32,000 nucleotides of DNA, from NCBI RefSeq assembly GCF_017352035.1, contig NZ_CP071439.1, one strand, 5' to 3'. The position numbers and the translations under genes were made by a program. Below the pieces are notes generated by a model, which had not been told where the DNA came from, ran no database searches, and saw only the letters and a program-made list of their open reading frames with translations. Every line of letters begins with the position of its first letter. Position 1 is the first letter of the stretch. Shown here one piece after another: positions 1-10,861 of the stretch. The stretch is from Escherichia coli. Its GTDB lineage: Bacteria; Pseudomonadota; Gammaproteobacteria; Enterobacterales; Enterobacteriaceae.

Positions 1-1
1 G

Positions 2-286
2 CAGCATCCTAAAATTCACGATGCCTGTGTGGTTGCGATGCCCGATGAACGTTTAGGTGAACGCTCATGCGCTTATGTCGTGCTGAAAGCACCGCATCAT
101 TCATTATCGCTGGAAGAGGTGGTGGCTTTTTTTAGCCGTAAACGGGTCGCGAAATATAAATATCCTGAACATATCGTGGTAATCGAAAAACTACCGCGCA
201 CTGCCTCAGGTAAAATACAAAAGTTTTTGTTAAGGAAAGATATTATGCGGAGATTAACTCAGGATGTCTGTGAAGAGATTGAATAA
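2..286 (+). CDS. fadK: 3' end of an acyl-CoA synthetase (AMP-forming ligase); the 5' part lies upstream of the window
   Basis: Frame 2 is open from the window edge (QHPKIHDACVVAMPDERLGER...) to TAA at 284-286. It carries the C-terminal adenylate-forming-enzyme motif KLPRTASGKIQK. It sits convergent with ppsA, as in E. coli. Confidence 0.85.
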   Translation, partial: QHPKIHDACVVAMPDERLGERSCAYVVLKAPHHSLSLEEVVAFFSRKRVAKYKYPEHIVVIEKLPRTASGKIQKFLLRKDIMRRLTQDVCEEIE

Positions 287-311
287 GTTTCATCTTCGGG
301 GATCACATAAA

Positions 312-345
312 CCCGGCGACTGAACGCCGCCGGGGATTTATTTTA
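312..345 (+). terminator. Intrinsic terminator between convergent fadK and ppsA
   Basis: GC-rich stem cccggcg (312-318) pairs with cgccggg (328-334), followed by the T-rich tract atttattttattt. It lies 26 nt after the fadK stop and runs up to the ppsA stop. Confidence 0.6.
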
Positions 346-2721
346 TTTCTTCAGTTCAGCCAGGCTTAACCAGGTTTGCACCACGGTATCCGGGTTCAGA
401 GACAGGCTATCGATCCCTTCTTCCATCAACCATGCGGCAAAGTCTTCGTGGTCGGACGGGCCCTGACCGCAAATCCCGACATATTTGCCCTGTTTCTTCG
501 CGGCACGAATCGCCATCGACAGCAGTGCTTTCACCGCATCGTTGCGCTCATCGAACAGTTCAGACACCACTCCGGAGTCACGGTCCAGACCGAGCGCCAG
601 CTGTGTCATGTCGTTTGAGCCAATTGAGAAGCCGTCGAAATATTCGAGGAACTGCTCTGCCAGCAAGGCGTTGGACGGAATTTCACACATCATGATGATT
701 TTCAGCCCGTTCTCACCACGTTTCAGCCCCTGACGCGCCAATTCGTCAACCACCGCTTTCGCCTGATCTACGGTACGCACGAACGGGATCATGATCTCAA
801 CGTTGGTCAGTCCCATGTCGTTGCGCACACGTTTCACTGCTTCACACTCCAGCGCAAAGCAGTCGCGGAAGCTGTCGGAAACATAGCGGCCCGCGCCACG
901 GAAGCCGAGCATCGGGTTCTCTTCATCTGGCTCGTAACGCTCACCACCGACCAGGTTGGCATATTCGTTCGATTTAAAATCAGAGAGACGGACAATGACG
1001 CGCTTCGGATAAAACGCGGCACCCAGCGTCGCGATCCCTTCAGTCAGACGCCCAACGTAAAATTCACGCGGAGAATCAAAACCTTTCATCATCTCGCGGA
1101 TTTCGTTTTGCAACTGCGGTTCCTGATCGTCAAACTCAAGCAGTGCGCGTGGGTGGACGCCAATCATACGGTTGATGATAAATTCCAGACGCGCAAGGCC
1201 CACGCCTTCGTTCGGCAGGCAGGCGAAGTCGAAAGCACGGTCCGGGTTACCGACGTTCATCATTACTTTCAACGGCAGATCCGGCATCGTTTCTACGCTG
1301 GAGCTTTTCACGCTAAATTCCAGCAACTCCGCATAGACATAACCGGTATCACCTTCGGCACAAGAAACAGTGACGTTCTCACCGTCTTTCATCCGTTCTG
1401 TTGCATCACCACAGCCCACTACCGCCGGAATGCCGAGTTCACGAGCGATGATCGCCGCGTGACAGGTACGCCCCCCACGGTTGGTGACGATGGCAGATGC
1501 TTTCTTCATGATCGGTTCCCAGTCCGGGTCGGTCATGTCAGTAACCAGCACGTCGCCAGGTTCGATGCGGTTCATTTCGCTGATGTCATGGATGACTTTC
1601 ACCGGACCCGCGCCGATGCGATGACCGATAGCACGGCCTTCGGCGATAATCTTACCCTGTGAATGCAGCGTATAACGCTCCATGACCTGACCGCGTGAGC
1701 GCACGGTTTCCGGACGCGCCTGCACAATGAACAGTTTGCCGGTGTGGCCATCTTTCGCCCACTCAATATCCATCGGGCGACCGTAGTGTTTCTCAATTTG
1801 TACGGCCTGTTTTGCCAGTTCCTGCACTTCTTCGTTGCTCAGCGAGAAGATGTCACGCTGTTCCTGCGGTACGTCTTCGATTTTAACCTGCTTGCCGTGC
1901 TCCTGGGTCGGCGCGTAGACCATGCGGATTTTTTTCGACCCCATGGTGCGGCGCACGATAGCCGGGCGATTCGCCGCCAGTGTCGGTTTATGCACGTAAA
2001 ACTCATCCGGGTTAACCGCACCCTGCACGACCATTTCACCAAGGCCCCATGCGGAAGTGATAAACACCACCTGGTCAAAGCCGGATTCGGTATCAATGGA
2101 GAACATCACGCCAGAAGATGCGAGGTCGGAGCGCACCATCCGCTGAACACCGGCGGAGAGCGCCACGCCACGGTGATCGTAACCCTGGTGCACACGATAA
2201 GAGATGGCGCGATCGTTAAACAGAGAAGCAAATACATGTTTCACTGCCACGAGAACGGCGTCAAAACCCTGAACGTTGAGGAAAGTTTCCTGCTGACCGG
2301 CAAAAGAAGCGTCCGGCATATCTTCTGCGGTAGCGGAGGAACGCACCGCAAACGAGGCGTTTTCGTCATCGGCGGAAAGCTGTGCATAGGCTTCGCGGAT
2401 GGCGTTTTCCAGCTCAGGCTGGAAGGGAGTGTCGATAATCCACTGGCGGATTTGCGCGCCCGCTTTCGCAAGCTGGGTAACATCGTCAATATCCGTTTTA
2501 TCCAGCAGTTCATAAATGCGCTGGTTTACGCCGCTTTGGTCCAGAAACTGGTTAAACGCGTCGGCGGTTGTGGCGAAACCATTCGGAACGGAAACACCCA
2601 TTCCGGAAAGGTTAGTAATCATTTCACCCAGGGAGGCATTTTTGCCCCCAACCCTGTCTACATCATTCATGCCGAGTTGGTTATACCAAAGCACCAGCGG
2701 TGACGAGCCATTGTTGGACAT
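343..2721 (-). CDS. ppsA: Phosphoenolpyruvate synthase (PEP synthetase)
   Basis: 792-aa ORF with the phosphohistidine swivel-domain motif [15 protein letters not shown], an N-terminal ATP-grasp region and a C-terminal PEP-utilising TIM-barrel region. Confidence 0.98.
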   Translation of the reverse strand: MSNNGSSPLVLWYNQLGMNDVDRVGGKNASLGEMITNLSGMGVSVPNGFATTADAFNQFLDQSGVNQRIYELLDKTDIDDVTQLAKAGAQIRQWIIDTPFQPELENAIREAYAQLSADDENASFAVRSSATAEDMPDASFAGQQETFLNVQGFDAVLVAVKHVFASLFNDRAISYRVHQGYDHRGVALSAGVQRMVRSDLASSGVMFSIDTESGFDQVVFITSAWGLGEMVVQGAVNPDEFYVHKPTLAANRPAIVRRTMGSKKIRMVYAPTQEHGKQVKIEDVPQEQRDIFSLSNEEVQELAKQAVQIEKHYGRPMDIEWAKDGHTGKLFIVQARPETVRSRGQVMERYTLHSQGKIIAEGRAIGHRIGAGPVKVIHDISEMNRIEPGDVLVTDMTDPDWEPIMKKASAIVTNRGGRTCHAAIIARELGIPAVVGCGDATERMKDGENVTVSCAEGDTGYVYAELLEFSVKSSSVETMPDLPLKVMMNVGNPDRAFDFACLPNEGVGLARLEFIINRMIGVHPRALLEFDDQEPQLQNEIREMMKGFDSPREFYVGRLTEGIATLGAAFYPKRVIVRLSDFKSNEYANLVGGERYEPDEENPMLGFRGAGRYVSDSFRDCFALECEAVKRVRNDMGLTNVEIMIPFVRTVDQAKAVVDELARQGLKRGENGLKIIMMCEIPSNALLAEQFLEYFDGFSIGSNDMTQLALGLDRDSGVVSELFDERNDAVKALLSMAIRAAKKQGKYVGICGQGPSDHEDFAAWLMEEGIDSLSLNPDTVVQTWLSLAELKK

Positions 2722-2807
2722 CGAACAATCCTTTTGTGATAAATGAACGGTTTGAGAAACACATTTCTGCGCATTTATCTTTGCATATTTAACCGGATGA
2801 AAAAAAC

Positions 2808-2823
2808 GGTGAATCGTTCAAGC
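2808..2823 (-). promoter_or_regulatory. Candidate Cra (FruR) operator upstream of ppsA
   Basis: ggTGAATCGTTCAagc contains the palindromic half-sites TGAA/TTCA typical of Cra sites, about 90-100 bp upstream of the ppsA ATG. Cra activation of ppsA is established; the exact site assignment is from memory. Confidence 0.5.
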
Positions 2824-3053
2824 AAATATATTTTTTTACTTTTTAAGACTGATCCCAGCGTTGCGCAAATCTGCTCTCTTCGACAATTTCCACATAAACC
2901 ATCGGTATAAACGAAACCGTAAAAATGAAATGCTGTTTTCATAAAAAATAAAATTGAAGGTTCATTTTATAAACCAGACATAACGTTCTACGCTTCTGTG
3001 CGTTTTTAATTTATGCTTTCATAGAATTATGTCTGCATCACGGGAAGAACAAA

Positions 3054-3887
3054 ATGGATAATGCTGTTGATCGCCACGTTTTTTATATTTCTGATGGTAC
3101 GGCAATAACTGCGGAGGTATTAGGACACGCAGTAATGTCACAATTTCCCGTCACTATCAGCAGCATTACGCTGCCGTTTGTCGAAAATGAGAGCCGTGCA
3201 CGGGCAGTGAAGGATCAGATTGACGCAATTTATCACCAGACAGGTGTGCGCCCGCTGGTCTTCTACTCCATCGTGTTGCCGGAGATTCGCGCCATCATCT
3301 TGCAAAGTGAGGGCTTTTGCCAGGATATCGTTCAGGCGCTGGTTGCCCCGCTACAACAAGAGATGAAACTGGATCCCACGCCGATTGCTCATCGTACCCA
3401 TGGCCTTAACCCTAATAATCTCAATAAATATGATGCGCGCATTGCTGCGATTGATTACACCCTCGCCCACGATGATGGCATTTCGTTACGCAATCTGGAC
3501 CAGGCTCAGGTGATCCTGCTCGGCGTTTCTCGCTGTGGTAAAACCCCCACCAGTCTGTATCTGGCAATGCAGTTTGGTATCCGCGCGGCAAACTACCCCT
3601 TTATTGCCGACGATATGGATAATCTGGTGCTACCCGCGTCGCTCAAACCGCTTCAGCATAAATTGTTCGGCCTGACTATCGACCCGGAACGTCTGGCGGC
3701 GATTCGCGAGGAACGTCGGGAGAACAGTCGCTATGCCTCGCTTCGTCAGTGCAGGATGGAAGTCGCGGAAGTAGAAGCCTTGTACCGTAAAAATCAGATC
3801 CCGTGGATTAACAGTACCAATTATTCGGTAGAAGAGATTGCCACCAAGATCCTCGATATCATGGGCCTTAGCCGTCGAATGTACTAG
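3054..3887 (+). CDS. ppsR: PEP synthase regulatory protein (bifunctional kinase/pyrophosphorylase, DUF299 family)
   Basis: 277-aa ORF divergent from ppsA, with the P-loop GVSRCGKTP. The translation matches my memory of YdiA/PpsR. Confidence 0.95.
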
Positions 3888-3898
3888 AGAACTAGTGC
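3881..3898 (+). promoter_or_regulatory. TrpR operator of the aroH promoter
   Basis: GTACTAGAGAACTAGTGC closely matches the symmetric trp operator consensus GTACTAGTTAACTAGTAC. It lies about 150 bp upstream of the aroH ATG and overlaps the ppsR stop codon TAG (3885-3887). Confidence 0.8.
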
Positions 3899-4043
3899 AT
3901 TAACTTGTTTTTTTGTTATCATGCTAACCACCCGGCGAGGTGTGACACACCTCGCACTTGAAATCAGCTGCGATTGGTTTATCGTGATGCGCATCACTTC
4001 CCGGTAGTCCTGCCGTAGAAGCAACAAATTTCTGAGACTTGTA

Positions 4044-5090
4044 ATGAACAGAACTGACGAACTCCGTACTGCGCGTATTGAGAGCCTGGTAACGCCCGCC
4101 GAACTCGCGCTACGGTATCCCGTAACGCCTGGCGTCGCCACCCATGTCACCGACTCCCGCCGCAGAATTGAAAAAATACTGAATGGTGAAGATAAGCGAC
4201 TGTTGGTCATTATTGGCCCCTGCTCGATCCACGATCTCACCGCTGCAATGGAGTACGCCACCCGTCTGCAGTCGCTGCGCAACCAGTACCAGTCACGGCT
4301 GGAAATCGTAATGCGCACCTATTTTGAAAAACCACGAACTGTTGTCGGCTGGAAAGGGCTAATCTCCGATCCGGATTTAAACGGCAGCTATCGGGTAAAT
4401 CACGGTCTGGAGCTGGCGCGCAAATTACTTTTACAGGTAAATAAGCTGGGCGTCCCCACCGCGACTGAGTTCCTCGATATGGTGACCGGTCAGTTTATTG
4501 CTGATTTAATCAGTTGGGGCGCGATTGGCGCACGTACTACCGAAAGTCAGATCCACCGTGAAATGGCTTCGGCACTCTCCTGTCCGGTAGGTTTTAAAAA
4601 TGGTACCGATGGCAACACGCGGATTGCTGTGGATGCTATCCGCGCAGCCCGCGCCAGCCATATGTTCCTCTCGCCAGACAAAAATGGTCAGATGACCATC
4701 TATCAGACCAGCGGCAACCCGTATGGCCACATTATTATGCGTGGCGGCAAAAAACCGAATTATCATGCCGATGATATCGCCGCAGCCTGCGATACGCTGC
4801 ACGAATTTGATTTGCCTGAACATCTGGTGGTGGATTTCAGCCACGGTAACTGCCAGAAGCAGCACCGTCGCCAGTTAGAAGTTTGTGAGGATATTTGTCA
4901 GCAAATCCGCAATGGCTCTACGGCGATTGCTGGAATTATGGCGGAAAGTTTCCTGCGCGAAGGAACGCAAAAAATCGTCGGCGGTCAGCCGCTCACTTAC
5001 GGTCAATCGATTACCGACCCGTGTCTGGGCTGGGAAGATACCGAACGCCTGGTCGAAAAACTCGCCTCTGCGGTAGATACCCGCTTCTGA
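4044..5090 (+). CDS. aroH: 3-deoxy-7-phosphoheptulonate (DAHP) synthase, Trp-sensitive isozyme
   Basis: 348-aa ORF with the class I DAHP synthase motif FEKPRTVVGWKGL. A TrpR operator lies upstream. Confidence 0.97.
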   Translation: MNRTDELRTARIESLVTPAELALRYPVTPGVATHVTDSRRRIEKILNGEDKRLLVIIGPCSIHDLTAAMEYATRLQSLRNQYQSRLEIVMRTYFEKPRTVVGWKGLISDPDLNGSYRVNHGLELARKLLLQVNKLGVPTATEFLDMVTGQFIADLISWGAIGARTTESQIHREMASALSCPVGFKNGTDGNTRIAVDAIRAARASHMFLSPDKNGQMTIYQTSGNPYGHIIMRGGKKPNYHADDIAAACDTLHEFDLPEHLVVDFSHGNCQKQHRRQLEVCEDICQQIRNGSTAIAGIMAESFLREGTQKIVGGQPLTYGQSITDPCLGWEDTERLVEKLASAVDTRF

Positions 5091-5095
5091 ATGCG

Positions 5096-5124
5096 TGCCC
5101 ATTCCTGATGGGATGGGCATTTCT
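5096..5124 (+). terminator. aroH intrinsic terminator
   Basis: The stem tgcccattcc (5096-5105) pairs with ggatgggca (5110-5119) around the tetraloop tgat, followed by tttct. It starts 6 nt after the aroH stop. Confidence 0.7.
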
Positions 5125-5180
5125 GCGCAACTTGTTGTCTTCTCAACAAATTACTGCTTGCTCTGGCCCGCCATAATATT

Positions 5181-5199
5181 GATAATAAGAATCATTGTT
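5181..5199 (+). promoter_or_regulatory. Fur box upstream of ydiE
   Basis: GATAATAAGAATCATTGTT matches the 19-bp Fur consensus GATAATGATAATCATTATC at 15 of 19 positions by my count. It ends 22 nt upstream of the ydiE ATG. Confidence 0.6.
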
Positions 5200-5221
5200 A
5201 TATCAATTATTATTAATCTTT

Positions 5222-5413
5222 ATGCGTTATACGGATAGCAGAAAACTCACGCCTGAAACGGATGCCAATCACAAGACCGCTTCCCCGCAGCCCATTCGGC
5301 GAATTACCAGCCAGACACTGTTAGGCCCGGATGGCAAACTGATTATCGATCATGACGGGCAAGAATATCTGCTCCGTAAAACTCAGGCTGGCAAGCTGCT
5401 GTTGACCAAGTAG
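5222..5413 (+). CDS. ydiE: HemP/HmuP-like small protein (hemin uptake protein family)
   Basis: 63-aa reading frame starting MRYTDSRKL... I used the ATG at 5222 rather than the ORF-track start at 5195, which lies inside the Fur box. The C-terminal [26 protein letters not shown] is typical of HemP. Confidence 0.85.
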   Translation: MRYTDSRKLTPETDANHKTASPQPIRRITSQTLLGPDGKLIIDHDGQEYLLRKTQAGKLLLTK

Positions 5414-5416
5414 CCT

Positions 5417-6892
<1,476 letters not shown>

Positions 6893-6915
6893 TTAAACAC
6901 CAGCAAACAGGAGGG

Positions 6916-7629
6916 TTATCGCTGAACCAACGTCGTTATCTGATTTATGGGAACGGCAGGCCACAGACATCCCTGGAGAGCATGGAAATCGAAGGGGGTA
7001 ATCTGTGCTAATATTTCTGGCGTATCAATGCCCCCCGCGATGATGCAATTGCAACAAGGGGAAATTTGCGCCTGAATCGCACGAATAAACGGTTCGAAGG
7101 AGCGATGCGTGATTTGTTGCTGAATAAAACTTTTATCCAGCATTACGCGGGTGAAAAGACCATCAAAAACCGCTTTCATTGTGCTATTGCCTGTGCCCAA
7201 ATTACCTAACACAAGGGGATACATTTGCGATAAGGAAAAAAGATCGCGATTATCTTTTCCTTCATCGAGATGCGGGTAATTCTCATTAATCAACAGTTCA
7301 ATAAACGGATATTTTAATAGTTCGCCTGCGTAATTATCCCTGTCTAATAATAAAGTAGCCACTTGTGGGGTTAAATTAAGCCAGGCAAAGAGTTTATGTT
7401 GAATAAAAAAGTGTTGGCATGATTTTAGTAATTCCAACTGCTCTGAAAATAATTGCCAATGTTGCTCCGCGGTAAGTTGCGCTATAACCCGACTCGTCGG
7501 GATACGAACCGTACCATCTTCACTGGAGAAATGGGTAATTAACTCAACGCCGACAAGGTCTTGCTGGTTATCTCTTATCGGCAGGAAATAGCAATCAGAA
7601 TGATAAAGATTCTCCAAAAAAATCTTCAT
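6916..7629 (-). CDS. ydiV: Anti-FlhD4C2 factor, degenerate EAL-domain protein
   Basis: 237-aa ORF with an EAL-like fold in which the signature reads GVELITHF (ELI instead of EAL). The translation matches my memory of YdiV with several substitutions. Confidence 0.93.
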   Translation of the reverse strand: MKIFLENLYHSDCYFLPIRDNQQDLVGVELITHFSSEDGTVRIPTSRVIAQLTAEQHWQLFSEQLELLKSCQHFFIQHKLFAWLNLTPQVATLLLDRDNYAGELLKYPFIELLINENYPHLDEGKDNRDLFSLSQMYPLVLGNLGTGNSTMKAVFDGLFTRVMLDKSFIQQQITHRSFEPFIRAIQAQISPCCNCIIAGGIDTPEILAQITPFDFHALQGCLWPAVPINQITTLVQR

Positions 7630-7834
7630 GGTAACCGTCCCTCTCGAAGGATGTTTTTCAGTATCCGGCTAAAAGGGATGAGGCCATAAGACATAACAAT
7701 TACAGAAGGAGTAACTTTCATTTGTTCCATGTTAACCACTTTTTCAGGGGTCCTTTTATTAGATTATCCTGATTATAAACGAATAATCCATTTACGGAAT
7801 TTTTGTCTGTAAAATACTACTGTATTCAGGAGTA

Positions 7835-7870
7835 AATGGACGGAGATGTATCATCGCCGTCCATTTTTCG
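7835..7870. terminator. Hairpin 10 nt downstream of the nlpC stop; probable nlpC or bidirectional terminator
   Basis: The stem aatggacgg (7835-7843) pairs with ccgtccatt (7857-7865), with an inner gatg/catc pairing. The uninterrupted T-run (ttttt, 7864-7868) is on the + strand; on the - strand only tt follows the stem. Confidence 0.5.
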
Positions 7871-7875
7871 ACATA

Positions 7876-8340
7876 CTAGATTCGTCTCGCCTGCCAGAAA
7901 TTTTTCTGCCAATAGACATTATCGAGTGAGGAACGCATCACTCCCTTGCTGGTAGAGGCGTGGATAAATTGGTTGTTGGTATCGTAAATACCTACATGCA
8001 AACCATTTTGTCCGGAACCCGTTTTGAAAAAGACCAGGTCACCAGGCAGCAACTCGTCTTTATCAATTTGCGTGCCGATAGAGGCTTGTTCTTTGGTTTC
8101 TCGGGGCAGCTGCAAATCGAAACGATCGCGCATCGTCACAACTACAAATCCCGAACAGTCCACACCGCGCCGCGTCATGCCACCATAACGATACGGCGTG
8201 CCATGCCAGCTTTGTAGCTGGTCGTTCAAACCGGCAATAACGGTAATCGAATCAGAAAGTCTGGCATTTGGCGGCGGTGCTTTATGGTGGCTACACCCGG
8301 CCAGAAACAGTGCTGTGATCAAAATAAGGCAGAAACGCAT
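7876..8340 (-). CDS. nlpC: NlpC/P60-family lipoprotein (putative peptidoglycan endopeptidase)
   Basis: 154-aa ORF with a signal peptide and lipobox LAGC (Cys16). NlpC/P60 catalytic motifs GVDCSGFV, GLHVGIY and FIHAS are present. Confidence 0.93.
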   Translation of the reverse strand: MRFCLILITALFLAGCSHHKAPPPNARLSDSITVIAGLNDQLQSWHGTPYRYGGMTRRGVDCSGFVVVTMRDRFDLQLPRETKEQASIGTQIDKDELLPGDLVFFKTGSGQNGLHVGIYDTNNQFIHASTSKGVMRSSLDNVYWQKNFWQARRI

Positions 8341-8417
8341 TCCGTACGGTTCCTCTGTTTTTTATTCTTGCATTAATTTAGCGTCGTAATTACCCGATTT
8401 TCAAGATACTAATGAAA

Positions 8418-9167
8418 TCAGATGGTCGAAATCAGCATTCGGTGACCTTCGATATCCAGACGGCGAAAATTCATCCCATAGGCCTGCGCCAGATTTGGCG
8501 GCGTGAGCACCTCTTCTCTGCGTCCACTGGCCAGCATTTTTCCACCTTTTAGCAACCACGCCCGATGCGCATGACGCAATGTGTGGTTGAGATCGTGACT
8601 GCTCATCACAATCGCCAGTCCTTGCTGACACAGCGCGCTCAGAATTTTGTCTAACGCACTTTGTTGCGCAACATCAAGACTGTTCATCGGCTCATCAAGA
8701 AGCAGCAATTGGCCTGCGGGATTGGCTTGTGGTGTGATTTGCAGCACCACCGCAGCAAGACGTACGCGTTGCCATTCGCCGCCGGAAAGTTGATTGGTGC
8801 TACGTCCGAGTTTGTCATCAAGAGCCAGCGCCCCTGCGACATCATTCAGTAGTTCGGTACGCGTTTTATCGTGCTGATGCAGTGTCAGGTAGTGCCAGAC
8901 CGGCATTGCAAACGGTGGCGTCTGTTGTTGTGAAAGATAGGCTCGATGCAGCGCGAGTTTTGTTGCGGACCATGCTTCCAGTGGTTGCCCCGCGAACTGA
9001 ATGCTTCCCTTACCGCTGGTCATTCCGGCCATTCGCGCCAGTAAGGTACTCTTACCCGCGCCGTTCGGCCCCACCAGATGCAGGATCTCCCCAGCCCGAA
9101 CCTCGCCAGAAAGCGGCCCCAGGCGGGTAGATTCCGCAACATCCTGTAACTGCATCACAATAGACAT
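8418..9167 (-). CDS. btuD: Vitamin B12 ABC importer, ATP-binding subunit
   Basis: 249-aa ORF with Walker [13 protein letters not shown] signature LSGGEWQR and Walker B LLLLDEP. Confidence 0.97.
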
Positions 9168-9718
9168 TATTTCGCCAACGCCAGTTTAATGCTTTCCATC
9201 ACAATGGGATCTTCCGGCGTCATATCCGGGGAAAAACGCTGGATGACCAATCCGTCCCTGCCAACTAAAAATTTCTCAAAATTCCATAAAATATCATCAA
9301 GGTACAGCGGTGCACGACCTTTGCTGACCATACGGGCATAGAATCCGCTCTCTTCCGGCGCGACTGCGGTCGGCGCTGCGGCAATCAATTTTTGATACAG
9401 CGGATGGCGTCCTTCGCCATTAACTTCAATCTTACTGAACATCGGGAACGTCACCCCCCATGTAGTGGTGCAGTAAGTTTTAATCTCTTCATCGCTGCCC
9501 GGTTCTTGCTCCAGAAACTGGTTGCACGGGAATCCCAGCACCACAAAACCACGATCGGCCCAGGCTTTCTGAATATTCTCCAACTGCTCATATTGCGGCG
9601 TTAAGCCACACTTTGAGGCGACATTGACAATCAACAGCACATTACCGGCGTACTTCTCCAGCGTGGTCACTTCACCGTCGATATCTTTCACTACGGTCGT
9701 CAGAATGGAATCTTGCAT
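9167..9718 (-). CDS. btuE: Thioredoxin/glutathione peroxidase (Cys-type GPx)
   Basis: 183-aa ORF with GPx motifs NVASKCGLT and WNFEKFLV. Its stop overlaps the btuD start by 1 nt (TAATG). Confidence 0.95.
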
Positions 9719-9780
9719 CGTTTCTCCTGGGTGTGGTCAGTAAAAATCTTAGCTTTTAATCATAGACCGTCTTTTTGCGG

Positions 9781-10761
9781 CTAACGTCCTGCTTTTAACA
9801 ATAACCAGATAAACACCGGCGCACCCAACGTTGCGGTGACCACGCCAATAGGCAGCTCTGCGGCAGCTAATGCCAGGCGCGCTACAACATCGGCCAGCAG
9901 CAATGCGCTCGCCCCTGCCAGCGCGCAGCCGGGAAGTAATACGCGATGATCGGTCAAACCACATAACCGGAGAATATGTGGGATCACCAGACCAATAAAG
10001 CCGATAGCACCCGCCAACGCCACACTGACGCCAACCATCCAGCCGGTCGCTGCCACCAGCACATTGCGCCAGAACCACAGGGGTAAACCCAGTTGCCGCG
10101 CCGAGATCTCGCCAAGTGCTAACATATTCATCGGCCTGGACTGACAACAGATCCACAACAACACGGGGATCAATGCCAGCATCAGCCAGCTTTGCCGCCA
10201 GTCTACGCCGCCAAAACCGCCCATCATCCAGTACATCAGCTGACGTAAATCAACAGAGGTGGAAAAGTAGATAGCCCACGTCATTAGTGCGCTACAGATA
10301 ATCCCTAATGCAACGCCAGCCAGCAATAACCGACTGGTCGAAAGATGACGACGGGCGAAACGTAAGAGTATTAAAGTGATGATAAGCGCGCCAGCAATCG
10401 CACACAGCCCCAGCGCCCAGTTGGGGAGTTGCCCTTGCCCAAGCAATACAGCGGCGATAAGCCCCACGCCTGCGCCATTAGAGACGCCAAGTAGTCCAGG
10501 TTCTGCCAGAGGATTTTCAAATAACGCCTGCATTACAGCGCCGGATATAGCCAACGCCGCACCAACCAGCAATACAGCCAGCGTACGTGGCAGGCGAATC
10601 TGCCAGACGAACAGTTCGCCTCGAGGAGAAAACCAGTCACCTGGCGAGATCCATTGTTCACCGGCGCAAAGGCTTAAGAGAAGCGCCAGCAGCATCAAAA
10701 CTGACAGGCATAATAACCAGCGAATATTTTGTCGCTGTTGTTGTCGGGCAAGTGTCAGCAT
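9781..10761 (-). CDS. btuC: Vitamin B12 ABC importer, permease subunit
   Basis: 326-aa, highly hydrophobic, FecCD-family permease-like ORF. It is the first gene of the btuC-btuE-btuD arrangement. Confidence 0.96.
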   Translation of the reverse strand: MLTLARQQQRQNIRWLLCLSVLMLLALLLSLCAGEQWISPGDWFSPRGELFVWQIRLPRTLAVLLVGAALAISGAVMQALFENPLAEPGLLGVSNGAGVGLIAAVLLGQGQLPNWALGLCAIAGALIITLILLRFARRHLSTSRLLLAGVALGIICSALMTWAIYFSTSVDLRQLMYWMMGGFGGVDWRQSWLMLALIPVLLWICCQSRPMNMLALGEISARQLGLPLWFWRNVLVAATGWMVGVSVALAGAIGFIGLVIPHILRLCGLTDHRVLLPGCALAGASALLLADVVARLALAAAELPIGVVTATLGAPVFIWLLLKAGR

Positions 10762-10822
10762 GGTATCCGTTCTGCTGAAGTGTCATGGCGTTGATTTTAC
10801 GGTGACTCTTCGACAGTGAAAA

Positions 10823-10850
10823 GAAAAAAGGCCGCAGAGCGGCCTTTTTA
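10823..10850 (-). terminator. ihfA intrinsic terminator (symmetric, possibly bidirectional)
   Basis: aaaaaaGGCCGcagagCGGCCttttt: a GC stem at 10830-10834 / 10840-10844 flanked by an A-run and a T-run, 12 nt downstream of the ihfA stop. Confidence 0.75.
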
Positions 10851-10861
10851 GTTAGATCAGA

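Noticed and set aside
1744-2703. 319-aa ORF on the + strand, antisense to ppsA (with neighbouring antisense ORFs at 1108-1662, 376-733 and 2516-2746)
   Set aside because: It lies entirely inside the well-supported ppsA gene on the opposite strand. The translation is low-complexity and rich in R, H and F, with no motifs and no SD. This is the typical shadow frame of a GC-normal, highly expressed gene.
3884-4318. 144-aa - strand ORF covering the aroH leader and 5' coding region
   Set aside because: It runs antisense through the TrpR operator/promoter and into aroH. It has no SD, and the R/S-rich translation looks noncoding.
5195-5221. Nine-codon N-terminal extension of ydiE offered by the ORF track (MLYQLLLIF...)
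   Set aside because: That start codon (a non-ATG, ttg) lies inside the Fur box and probable promoter region. The 63-aa form starting at ATG 5222 matches the known protein.
9749-10156. 135-aa - strand ORF overlapping btuC out of frame
   Set aside because: It is on the same strand as btuC but in a different frame. The btuC frame gives a coherent FecCD-type permease, whereas this frame gives an Arg/Gly/Cys-rich sequence.
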